Positions 14,132 through 22,526 of a stretch of 24,000 nt of DNA are shown here, one piece after another. The stretch covers positions 452 through 24,451 of the forward strand of contig CBDUCE010000016.1 of assembly GCA_965365575.1 (NCBI GenBank), in the 5' to 3' direction. The stretch's first letter is position 1. Each line of letters begins with the position of its first letter. The stretch is from an uncultured Gammaproteobacteria bacterium. GTDB taxonomy: Bacteria; Pseudomonadota; Gammaproteobacteria; Steroidobacterales; Woeseiaceae. Below the pieces are notes generated by a model. It was given only the letters and a program-made list of their open reading frames with translations. It did no database searches and was not told where the DNA came from. A program made the translations under genes and the position numbers.

Positions 14132-16519
14132 ATGATATTCAGGATGAAAGCCTGCCTTGCGGCAGCACTGTTCGGGCTTTGGATCGCGCCGGTATCGCCC
14201 GCGGCGGCCAGCGACACCGGCATCGAGGTCCGGGTCGTGAATGCGGAGACGCGGCGCGCGCTCGAGAGCGTCAGCGTCACCATAACCGCGAGGAACGGTG
14301 AGACATCGACGGCGGCGACCGACAGCGACGGCGTCGTGCGGATCATGGAACTCGAGCCGGGCCTTTACGCCCTGAACGCCATCGGCGCCGGCTTCGTCGA
14401 GGCGCTCGAACCGAGCATTCGCGTGGTTGCGCGCAGCACCACCCCGGTGCGTATCGAAATGCTGCCGATCGACGAGGGCCTCGACGAGGTCGTGGTGGTC
14501 GCGCGCGCGGTGCAGGCAGATCCCTACGCCGCCGTCAGTTCAACCTATCTCAACCGCGAGGAGCTGCGCAGCGCCGTCGGCGCCGGCAGCGACGTGATGC
14601 GGGCGCTGGACGGCCTGCCCGGCCTGATATCGACCGGTGACTTCGCCAACTTTTCGGTGCGCGGCCGCGGCCCGCGCGACAACCTGATCTTCGTCGACGG
14701 CCTGCCCTTCGACAAGGTGGTGCACTTCGACCAGACACTCGGCGAAGAGGAAGACATCGGCGGCGGCGGCCGCTTCTCGATTTTCGCACCCAATTCGATC
14801 CAGGGCGCCGAGTTTTCACCGGGCGGCTGGAGCGCCGCGTATTCCGGCCGCTCGGGCTCGCTGCTGCAGCTCGACGTCGTGGGCGGCAGCCCGACGCCGA
14901 GCGCGAGCCTGCGCATCGATATCGCGGGATTCGAGCTCGGCTACGACGGGCCGAGCGGATTCCACGACGACACCACGCTGTTCCTGACAGCCCGCAGCTT
15001 CGATTTCGGTCGGGTATTCGACATGATCGACGAGAAGGATATCGGTCAGCCCGAGCTTTCCGATTTCATCCTGAAGACGGTCACCGAGGTCGACGACCGC
15101 AACAGTTTCGAGGTGCTCGCCATCGCCGCGCCGGAAACCTACACCCGCGACATCGACAACGTGCTCGAGTCACCGAACTTCGAAGACGTGGCGCTGATCG
15201 ATTCCGAGCAGGATCTCGGCCTGCTCGGGTTCACCTGGCGGCGGCTCGTGGGCGACAACGGCGAGTGGACCAACAAGATCTATTTTCGCGACAGCGACAA
15301 GACCAGCTCCGAGGGCGAGGCCTACCCGGACCTCGTGCCGGACGGCACGCCGGCCGGCGGGATTCCTGTCCGGGAACGGTTGATCACCGTCGACGAGAAA
15401 GAAACCGAAATCGGCTGGCGCAGCGACTACTCGCTGATCAACCGCTTCGGGCCGGCAAGCCTGGGCCTGCGCGTCGTTCAGACCGACGTTGACTACTCCA
15501 CCTTCCTGCGCGAGGACTGGATCCGTTTCGTTTACCGCAGCACCGACCCGCGCCCGCCCGGCCAGGACTACATCGTGCTCACGCCGGACAACGTGAACTC
15601 CGCCTTTGCGGCAAAGGAAACGAACTATTCCGCCTATGCCGAGCAGGTCTTCGAGTTCGGCCGCTGGGACCTGCGCACGGGCCTGCGTTATGACCGCGAC
15701 GGCTTTGCCGGCGAATCCCTCGTCTCGCCGCGTTTTGCTGCAAACTGGCGCCTCTCGCCCGTCACGCGACTATCGGCGTCCGCCGGCATCTTCTACCAGT
15801 CGCCGCGCTACCTCGTGAGGTCCGCCGATCCCGACAATGTCGACATCTCGAATGAGAAGATCACGCACTTCAGCGTGGGTCTCGAGCACGACTTCGGTCG
15901 CGACTGGCGGCTGCTCGTGGAACCGTACTACCAGCAACTCGACGACCTCGTTGTGGCCGAAGGCAGGACCAGCGGCCGGGTGACAAACAACGGCGAGGGA
16001 ACGAATTACGGCGTCGACGTAGTCGTTTCGCGTTTCTTCGACAATGGCTGGTCGGCGAACGCGACCTACTCGTACAACAACGCGCGTTACGACGACAACG
16101 ACGGCAACGGCAAGTACGACGCGGATTTCAACCGGCCGAATTTCTTCTCGATCGGCGGCAGCTGGGAGATCAACGAGCGCTGGAAAGTCGGGGCCCGCTG
16201 GAAGTGGGCCGAGGGCCGGCCGACCGATGACTTCATCATCAACGAGGACGTGCTCGGCCCGGGCGAGCCGCTGCGTTATTCCAAGGAACTCACGGACCAG
16301 AACGCGCTGCGCCTCGAGGACTATCACTCGCTCAACATCCGCGTGGACTACCGGCGACCGATCGGTCCCGTGGATCTCGTCGCGTTCATCGACGTGATCA
16401 ACGTCTACGGCGGCCCCGGCGCGAATTCACAGGAATTCGATCCGCGCAACGGCATCAACGTCGTCGAGGAGAACGAGGCATTCCCGATTATCGGGATCAT
16501 TTTCGAGAGAACGTGGTAG
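14132..16519 (+). CDS. TonB-dependent receptor with an N-terminal carboxypeptidase-regulatory-like domain
   Basis: Signal peptide. CarboxypepD_reg-like segment (VRVVNAETRRALESVSVTI...TDSDGVVRIMELEPGLYAL). Plug (FSVRGRGPRDNLIFVDGLP). Long beta-barrel ending ...IIGIIFERTW. The start is ATG 14132 or 14144. Confidence 0.85.
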   Translation: MIFRMKACLAAALFGLWIAPVSPAAASDTGIEVRVVNAETRRALESVSVTITARNGETSTAATDSDGVVRIMELEPGLYALNAIGAGFVEALEPSIRVVARSTTPVRIEMLPIDEGLDEVVVVARAVQADPYAAVSSTYLNREELRSAVGAGSDVMRALDGLPGLISTGDFANFSVRGRGPRDNLIFVDGLPFDKVVHFDQTLGEEEDIGGGGRFSIFAPNSIQGAEFSPGGWSAAYSGRSGSLLQLDVVGGSPTPSASLRIDIAGFELGYDGPSGFHDDTTLFLTARSFDFGRVFDMIDEKDIGQPELSDFILKTVTEVDDRNSFEVLAIAAPETYTRDIDNVLESPNFEDVALIDSEQDLGLLGFTWRRLVGDNGEWTNKIYFRDSDKTSSEGEAYPDLVPDGTPAGGIPVRERLITVDEKETEIGWRSDYSLINRFGPASLGLRVVQTDVDYSTFLREDWIRFVYRSTDPRPPGQDYIVLTPDNVNSAFAAKETNYSAYAEQVFEFGRWDLRTGLRYDRDGFAGESLVSPRFAANWRLSPVTRLSASAGIFYQSPRYLVRSADPDNVDISNEKITHFSVGLEHDFGRDWRLLVEPYYQQLDDLVVAEGRTSGRVTNNGEGTNYGVDVVVSRFFDNGWSANATYSYNNARYDDNDGNGKYDADFNRPNFFSIGGSWEINERWKVGARWKWAEGRPTDDFIINEDVLGPGEPLRYSKELTDQNALRLEDYHSLNIRVDYRRPIGPVDLVAFIDVINVYGGPGANSQEFDPRNGINVVEENEAFPIIGIIFERTW

Positions 16520-16775
16520 CGCCGCTAACCGGGCTTGCCGTCGATCCGCGCCGTGAGCAGGAACGGTGCATAGACCGCGACGTACAGCAGAAACGCTGCA
16601 ATTCAGAGCGTACCGGCCGCCGATCACGGTTATCAGCACCAGCAGCAGCCGGGTGTTTCGATTGCTGCTGCAGAACAACGTGGGCGCAATCAGCAGCGCA
16701 ACACCAGGCAAAAAGGCGGGTTCCAGGACGGGGCGAGCAAGACGAACGGCACGAGTTACTGTGCGGCCTGCCCGC

Positions 16776-17186
16776 TCATTGGGGCCAGGCCCCGAGCAGG
16801 CGCAACGGCCCGAGTGGATCGTGCGTCCGCGCGATCACGTACATACCGGCGTAGACGAGAAGTGCGCTCACGAAACACGTTAGCCGGACCGTCCGCGTGC
16901 GGCCGCGCTTCAGGGCGAACGTGCCCAGACCGACGTAAACAACGAGGAGTGCGAGCTTCAGCCATAGCCAGCCGCTCGCGAACACGGCTGCAGGCAACAC
17001 GGTCAGCAGCGTCAGCGCGGCCATGAGAAGGACGATGTCGATGCCGTAGCTCAGGTAGCGAACGGGCGCCGCCATGCCCCAGGCCGCATTGCCCTGCACG
17101 GCGAGTCCGCGCAACAGGAACAGCGAACCGCTTGCGACAACGGCGGCGATATGCAGCAGCTTGATGTCAGGGTAGAACTCGATCAT
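16776..17186 (-). CDS. sirB2: SirB2-family inner-membrane protein
   Basis: I prefer ATG 17186 (MIEFYPDIKLLHIAAVVASGSLFLLRG...). Four hydrophobic segments. WLWLKLALLVVYVGLGTFALKRG is typical of the family. Confidence 0.75.
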   Translation of the reverse strand: MIEFYPDIKLLHIAAVVASGSLFLLRGLAVQGNAAWGMAAPVRYLSYGIDIVLLMAALTLLTVLPAAVFASGWLWLKLALLVVYVGLGTFALKRGRTRTVRLTCFVSALLVYAGMYVIARTHDPLGPLRLLGAWPQ

Positions 17187-17567
17187 CGATACGCGAAGAT
17201 ATTGCCGGAGCCCGCCCCGGCACGCCTTGATCTGGATCAGGGCATCCCTCACAACCCGGCTATACAGGCGTCGGCTACGCGGCCCCAGCGGTCCGCATCG
17301 TTGATGATGAAGTGCCCGTTCAGCCCGGAGTCTCTCTGAAATACCTCGAAATCGCCAACGCCGCCCGCAAAAACAGCAACCCCCAGAGACACGCCATGAG
17401 TTTATTCACTTGATCATCCTCTTCCCGTTTCGAAGAAGAGACGATTCTGGCCGACACGAGTTCGCGCTAGTCAGCATTCCGGGACGAACGTCCGCCAGGC
17501 GGGACGAGCGGCCGGACCTGAGCCGGACTGGTGTAGCATTGACGACAGCAATGCGAGTGGAGCCGTG

Positions 17568-17963
17568 ATGTCGTTTCTTGGCAATATCCTGTTTTTCATC
17601 CTGGGCGGATTCGCGATCTTCTTCGGCTACCTCCTGGGCGGTATCGTGCTGTGCCTGACGATCATCGGCATCCCGTTCGGCATCCAGTGCTTCAAGCTCG
17701 CGGGCGGCGTGCTCGCACCGTTCGGCCGCGAAGTGCGGGAAACGGAGCCGCCGGGCGGCCCACTCGCGCTGATCATGAACATCATCTGGATCATCCTGCC
17801 GGGCCTCGAACTGGCGATCATGCATCTTTGCCTCGCCGCTTTCTTCGCGCTGACCATCGTCGGTATCCCGCTCGCGACGCAGCACATCAAGTTGCTCCCG
17901 CTCGCACTGCTGCCGTTCGGCCGTGTGGTACGGGACATCGAGACAGGACGCCAGTACCCATGA
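17568..17963 (+). CDS. yccF: YccF (DUF307) inner-membrane protein
   Basis: Duplicated IIGIPFG / IVGIPLA motifs. LGGF...W pattern like E. coli YccF. GGAG lies 5 nt upstream of ATG 17568. Confidence 0.85.
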   Translation: MSFLGNILFFILGGFAIFFGYLLGGIVLCLTIIGIPFGIQCFKLAGGVLAPFGREVRETEPPGGPLALIMNIIWIILPGLELAIMHLCLAAFFALTIVGIPLATQHIKLLPLALLPFGRVVRDIETGRQYP

Positions 17964-18268
17964 TCTTTGTCTTCGAAGTGCACGTGCACCCGGGACACAC
18001 GGCAGAGGCCTATGCCGAGGCCTGGGTGCGAGCCAGCGAGATCATCCAGCGGGCGCCGGGGGCGCGCGGCACGCGCCTGCATCGCAGGATCGGAGACGAT
18101 CGCACGCTGCTTGCGATCGCGAGCTGGGACAGCAAGGATGCTCGCGACGCGATGGAGAAGAATCCTTCGGCGGAAGTACAGCGCATCATCGCCGAGCAGG
18201 CCGAGTTCGTCGATGTCCGCGTGATCGGCGAGTTCGAGGACCCCGACTGGGCCGTCAGCGCGACCTGA
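17960..18268 (+). CDS. Small ABM/Dabb-fold (antibiotic biosynthesis monooxygenase-like) protein
   Basis: Its ATG overlaps the yccF stop (ATGA at 17960-17963). MIFVFEVHVHPGHTAEAYAEAW...LLAIASWDSKDARDAME is a typical ferredoxin-like ABM pattern. About 102 aa. Confidence 0.65.
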   Translation: MIFVFEVHVHPGHTAEAYAEAWVRASEIIQRAPGARGTRLHRRIGDDRTLLAIASWDSKDARDAMEKNPSAEVQRIIAEQAEFVDVRVIGEFEDPDWAVSAT

Positions 18269-19196
18269 TCCACTTGACCAGGCTGTGCACGCCGACGAGC
18301 ACGCCGCCAGCGATGATGCCGGTAATTGCGTTGAACACCAGCGTCGCCAGGCCGGAGAACAGGTCGGCGGCAACCGGCAGGTCGTGGGCCACGCCTTCGA
18401 TATCGTGCAGCCACGCGGCAAGCAGCGGAAAGCCGTGCGCAAGTATCCCGCCACCCACGAGGAACATCGCCGCGGTGCCGAGAACGGACAGCGTTTTCAT
18501 CATTACGGGAGCAAAGCTCAGGATCATCTCGCCGAAGCGCCGTTGCAGCGCCGCCACCCTGGACTCGCCAGTCTTCTCCATGAGGTGCATGCCAACGTCG
18601 TCGAGCTTGACGATCCCTGCGACAAGGCCGTAAACGCCGACCGTAATTACCGCGGCGATGAGCGACACCACCCCGATGCGAACGGCGAGCTCCGCATCCT
18701 TCACGGTGCCGAGCGCAATGACGATGATCTCCGCCGACAGGATGGCATCGGTTCGTATCGCGCCGCGGATGCGCTGCTTCTCGAACTGCGCCATGTTCAC
18801 GCGGCGATCGGCAAGCGCCTCGACGCGTTTGGCGTGCTCCTCGTGTTCCTCCTCGCGGCTGTGCAACAGGCGATGCGCGACTTTCTCGAAACCCTCGTAA
18901 CACAGGAACGCGCCGCCAAGCATCAGGAGCGGCGTAATGATCCACGGGAACACCGCACTCAGGAACAGGGCCGCGGGCACCATGATGAGCTTGTTGAGCG
19001 CCGAGCCCTTGAACACCGCCCACACGACCGGAAGCTCGCGCTCGGCGCGTACGCCCGTGACCTGCTGGGCGTTGAGCGCGAGGTCGTCGCCCAGGACGCC
19101 GGCCGTCTTCTTCGCGGCAACCTTGCTCAGGACCGATACGTCATCGAGCAACGTCGCAATATCGTCGAGTAGTGTAAGCAGGCTGCCAGCGGCCAA
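18255..19196 (-). CDS. yedI: DUF808 inner-membrane protein (YedI orthologue)
   Basis: AAGSLLTLLDDIATLLDDVSVLSKVAAKKTAGVLGDDLALNAQQV... is nearly colinear with E. coli YedI. The start is therefore placed at TTG 19196, with GGAG 6 nt upstream, rather than the track's 19280. Confidence 0.85.
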   Translation of the reverse strand: MAAGSLLTLLDDIATLLDDVSVLSKVAAKKTAGVLGDDLALNAQQVTGVRAERELPVVWAVFKGSALNKLIMVPAALFLSAVFPWIITPLLMLGGAFLCYEGFEKVAHRLLHSREEEHEEHAKRVEALADRRVNMAQFEKQRIRGAIRTDAILSAEIIVIALGTVKDAELAVRIGVVSLIAAVITVGVYGLVAGIVKLDDVGMHLMEKTGESRVAALQRRFGEMILSFAPVMMKTLSVLGTAAMFLVGGGILAHGFPLLAAWLHDIEGVAHDLPVAADLFSGLATLVFNAITGIIAGGVLVGVHSLVKWIRSR

Positions 19197-19230
19197 GCGA
19201 GTCTCCGTCTTACTGCTTAAGGTCAGGCGA

Positions 19231-19878
19231 TCATCGGGGTTCGCAGGAAGCCGGCAAATCGTACCGGGTTCGAATCTCACCGATTTGTACGAGCATATCC
19301 TCGAGCCGTGCCTGCGCCTGCGCTGCGCCCTTCATCTCTCGGTCCTGCTCCGCGATGGCCGGCAACATCGCCGTTGCGGCCTGGTCCTGGCCGCGGTCAG
19401 CTTCGGTCAGCGCCTCGACCCAGAGCCCGGCCAGGGCGAAGTCCCGGTTACGCGACTTCTGTGCCTCGCGTGCGTTCGCCAGCGCGACGTCGTGCTTGCA
19501 CTCGGCAAGCGCCACAAAGCCGTTGAAAGCATCGTTTCCGATGTCGTCGCGAAACTTCTGCACACGTTTTTCGTACTCGGCCTGCTCCTGCGCGGCAACC
19601 TGTTTATCTGCTTCAGCCCCCGACATTCCGCCAACCACGGCGCCGCTGGCGCCGCCGTAGACCGCACCGCGTGCAGCAGCTTCGCCGACGTTACCTCCGA
19701 ATATAAGGGCCGTGGCCGCGGCACCCACTGCGCCGGCCATGGCTCCCGTGCCTGCGCCTTTGGACGCGCCCTTGGCTGCGTAGCTGTCACTCGCGCAGCC
19801 GGAACTCCATAGCACGCCACTCAAAACGAACAGTATCCCGATCAAATTTCGGGCATTAATTGATTCTGCAGACATCAT
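19231..19878 (-). CDS. Lipoprotein with an N-terminal glycine-zipper region and a helical C-terminal domain
   Basis: GAAGGAG RBS. Signal plus Cys (…VLSGVLWSSGC). Gly/Ala zipper GAGTGAMAGAVGAAATALIFGGNVGEAAARGAVYGGASGAVVGGMSG. Confidence 0.75.
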   Translation of the reverse strand: MMSAESINARNLIGILFVLSGVLWSSGCASDSYAAKGASKGAGTGAMAGAVGAAATALIFGGNVGEAAARGAVYGGASGAVVGGMSGAEADKQVAAQEQAEYEKRVQKFRDDIGNDAFNGFVALAECKHDVALANAREAQKSRNRDFALAGLWVEALTEADRGQDQAATAMLPAIAEQDREMKGAAQAQARLEDMLVQIGEIRTRYDLPASCEPR

Positions 19879-19903
19879 CGGCTCCTTCGTCGATTTGTGC
19901 CGA

Positions 19904-20341
19904 CTACTCGGTGTCCCGCCCGACGTCGCGACTCGGCGGGTAAGGGAATTTCACGTGCCCCCAGCGCACGACCAGTACGGCGACCGCGATGAGCAGGATA
20001 CTCGACGCGATGGCGATTACGCGTAGCGCATCCATGTCCTTGACGTCGATGATCAGGTAGCGCGCGATCGCGACGATGGCGATATAGAGCGGCATCCTTA
20101 CCGGCAACTTGCCCGACTCCCAGTAGATCTTCACCATCGTCACGGTCTCGACATAGATGAACATGAGCAGCAGGTCGGTCAGCAGGACGGTCTGCTGGAC
20201 CCACATGTGGCGTATTTCGATACCTCCGGCGACCACCGTCGCCAGCAGGATGATGCTGAGGCCGGCGTCTTCGACGAGCCTGGCTACGCGGATGCCGTGC
20301 CGCCGGATATCGCTGTGGACGTGCCCGCTCGAATCGCTCAT
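19904..20341 (-). CDS. psiE: PsiE-family (phosphate-starvation-inducible) membrane protein
   Basis: Four TM segments. FIYVETVTMVKIYWESGKLPVRMPLYIAIVAIARYLIID parallels the E. coli PsiE core (YFEFIALIVKYF...[21 protein letters not shown]). Confidence 0.8.
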   Translation of the reverse strand: MSDSSGHVHSDIRRHGIRVARLVEDAGLSIILLATVVAGGIEIRHMWVQQTVLLTDLLLMFIYVETVTMVKIYWESGKLPVRMPLYIAIVAIARYLIIDVKDMDALRVIAIASSILLIAVAVLVVRWGHVKFPYPPSRDVGRDTE

Positions 20342-20350
20342 CGGTGCATT

Positions 20351-22513
20351 CTACCGACTATTCTTCAGGACATTAATGCCCAGTACGCCCATATCCATGC
20401 CGTCGAACACCGGGAACCCCTGGCGCTCGAATACCGCTTTGTATCGCTGGTAGGGCATTCCGGCGTCGATAACGATGCCGACCAGGCGGCCGGTCGACTG
20501 CGCGAGCGACTTCAGCCTTGCCGCGAAATTCTCGGCCTCGGTGAGCTGCTGCGTATCAAGCTGCTCCGACAAAGGCACCAGCCCCAGCATGACGACGCCG
20601 GCACCGAAGCCAATCATCGCCTCCACGCAATCGAAATACACGGCTTCGTCGGCCATCGGCGTGAGGTCCAGTGGGTTCGCTGCCGCCACCAGCCCCTGCA
20701 TGCCGTGACGCTCGAGTATCCCGCCGAGCGCGGCTCGATCCTCTTCGCTGAGCAGGTACAGGCGTTCGGTGTCGTTGTCGCCCAGCGTATCGACGCTGCC
20801 GACCGTTTCGTAGCCGGCATTCGTGACGATCGCGAGCTTGCCCAGCGTGCGCAGGTCCGGGTAGGCGGCCATCCACTTGAGTACCGCGTTGAACTGGTTG
20901 AACGACTCGGTGATGACCGCACCGGCCTGGTGCAGCAGCCGCTTCTGCACGTGGTAGTCGCCCGTCATCGCACCGGTGTGGCTCGCGGCGGCGGATCTTC
21001 CGAGCCGCGAACGACCGCCCTTGTAGATGATGACGTGACGATTTTCGGCGCGAAACGCCTCGACCAGCTTCGCGACCGCGCAGGCATCGCCACCGACGAA
21101 TCCCTCGACGTAGATGCCGAGCACGCGCACGGACTTGTCCCGCGCGACCAGCGCCATGAAGTCCGACAGCTTCATGTCCAGCTGGTTGCCGATCGAGAAG
21201 CCGTACTTGAGGTGCAGGTTCGAGTGACGTGACAGGCGCGTGATCAGGAACGCGCCGCTCTGGCTGATCAGCGCGACGTCCGAATCCGGTGCGAACTGGA
21301 CGTTCAGTTTACTTTGCGGGATGAACAGGCTGTTGAGCTTCAGCGGCGACAACAGCATGCCGAGGCCGTTGGGTCCGACGATGGCAGGGCACCACTCGCC
21401 TGCTCGCCGGCGCGACTCGATGAGGTCGGAGAGCCTGTCGCCGAATCCTTCCCTGTCCGCGCCGTCGCCGATGCCGCCTGCAACGATATAGACGACCGCC
21501 GCGCCACTGCCCTGCGCACACAGCTCCTCGATCATCGGCACGCACTGGTTGGCAGCCAAAGCGAGAATCAGTATGTCGACCGGGTCGTCCAACAAAGCGG
21601 CAACGTCGGGTACACAGCGAACGCCGGCAAACTCACTGACGCCGGGCTTGATGACGAGAAGACCGTTATCCGGCAGGGACGACTGGCGCAGGTTCTCGAG
21701 GATCAGGCCGCCGACGCTCCCGGCCTTTGCCGATACGCCCGCCAGCGCGATCCGGCGTGGATTGAGGAGACTGTCGTCCTGCAGCGGCACAGGGCAGGTC
21801 TCATCATGCACCTCCGTCGACCGCAGGCCGACGCCGTCGAGTGCGACGAAATCGCCCGCGTTGTCGACGACCACCGGGTTCATCTCGAGCAAAGCGAGGT
21901 GCTCGCGCGCCATTAGTTCATCGAGCTGCCAGAGCTTGTCGAGAAAGCCGCGCAGGGCGTCGCTAGTGGTGAGCGCTGTTTGCTGGCGGCCCTCACCAAG
22001 CAGGATCTTGCCGAGCCAGTGTCCGCGGAGTTCTTCGAAGGCCTCCTCCGGGGTGTACGCGGAAGCCGGCCAGACGAGCAGGGACTGTTTGAATTCCCGC
22101 GCCCAGTCTTCCGTCAAAAGTCCGCCAAAGCCGAAACTGATGGTCGCCCCGCAGCACTGGTCTCTTTGCAGGCTGACGAAGATCTCGCTGGGTGCCTGGT
22201 TCGCGCGCCGGAACTCGACCCGCTCCGCGACCAGGGTCCCGAGCCACTCGAATTCCCCACCGATCCGCTCACGCATGCTCGCGCGCATCGCCTCGATGGC
22301 ATCGCTGTCGAAATCACAGAACGCCAGTGCACCACTATCGGACTTGTGCCACAGGTCTCGCACGATTCCCTTCACGACCACCGGGTCACCGTCTTCGAAT
22401 GGCACGCCGGCGAGCTTGCTCTCGTCGTCGATGAAGCTGTGGCGAGGCGTCCCGATGCCCACAGCGGACAGGAATCCGTAGACCTCGTGTTCCGGGATGA
22501 AAGCGCTGGTCAT
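20351..22513 (-). CDS. ADP-forming acyl-CoA synthetase family protein (acetate--CoA ligase-like) with the ATP-grasp domain placed at the N-terminus
   Basis: N-terminal ATP-grasp_5 signatures (PVVVKGIV..WHKSDSGAL; FGFGGLLTE; LLEMNPVVV). Then a CoA-binding Rossmann domain (RRIALAGVS...). Then the ligase-CoA domain (ISQSGAF; phosphohistidine loop AASHTGAMTG). Then a flavodoxin-like domain (LAIVTNAGYETVG). The start is ATG 22513 or TTG 22534. Confidence 0.85.
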   Translation of the reverse strand: MTSAFIPEHEVYGFLSAVGIGTPRHSFIDDESKLAGVPFEDGDPVVVKGIVRDLWHKSDSGALAFCDFDSDAIEAMRASMRERIGGEFEWLGTLVAERVEFRRANQAPSEIFVSLQRDQCCGATISFGFGGLLTEDWAREFKQSLLVWPASAYTPEEAFEELRGHWLGKILLGEGRQQTALTTSDALRGFLDKLWQLDELMAREHLALLEMNPVVVDNAGDFVALDGVGLRSTEVHDETCPVPLQDDSLLNPRRIALAGVSAKAGSVGGLILENLRQSSLPDNGLLVIKPGVSEFAGVRCVPDVAALLDDPVDILILALAANQCVPMIEELCAQGSGAAVVYIVAGGIGDGADREGFGDRLSDLIESRRRAGEWCPAIVGPNGLGMLLSPLKLNSLFIPQSKLNVQFAPDSDVALISQSGAFLITRLSRHSNLHLKYGFSIGNQLDMKLSDFMALVARDKSVRVLGIYVEGFVGGDACAVAKLVEAFRAENRHVIIYKGGRSRLGRSAAASHTGAMTGDYHVQKRLLHQAGAVITESFNQFNAVLKWMAAYPDLRTLGKLAIVTNAGYETVGSVDTLGDNDTERLYLLSEEDRAALGGILERHGMQGLVAAANPLDLTPMADEAVYFDCVEAMIGFGAGVVMLGLVPLSEQLDTQQLTEAENFAARLKSLAQSTGRLVGIVIDAGMPYQRYKAVFERQGFPVFDGMDMGVLGINVLKNSR

Positions 22514-22526
22514 CGCCGGACTCACG

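Noticed and set aside
16427-16711. 94-aa minus-strand ORF taken at face value as a gene.
   Set aside because: Its 3' third overlaps the conserved C-terminal barrel strands of the TonB-dependent receptor, and its sequence there is Arg-rich nonsense. Only the first ~37 codons look membrane-protein-like (see the frameshift finding).
17187-17252. N-terminal extensions offered by the track: sirB2 from GTG 17252, yedI from 19280 and yjjW from 11620.
   Set aside because: Homologue N-termini as I recall them (M..FY..K.LH for SirB2, MAGSSLLTLLDD for YedI, MN...VSK...F..VDGPG for YjjW) align with the internal starts at 17186, 19196 and 11593. The latter two also have better RBS spacing.
19266-19276. 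GGGTTCGAATC, a tRNA T-loop-like string.
   Set aside because: The flanking bases (CCGGG...CTCAC) cannot form a T-stem. No acceptor, D or anticodon arms are evident. It lies inside the coding 3' end of the lipoprotein gene.
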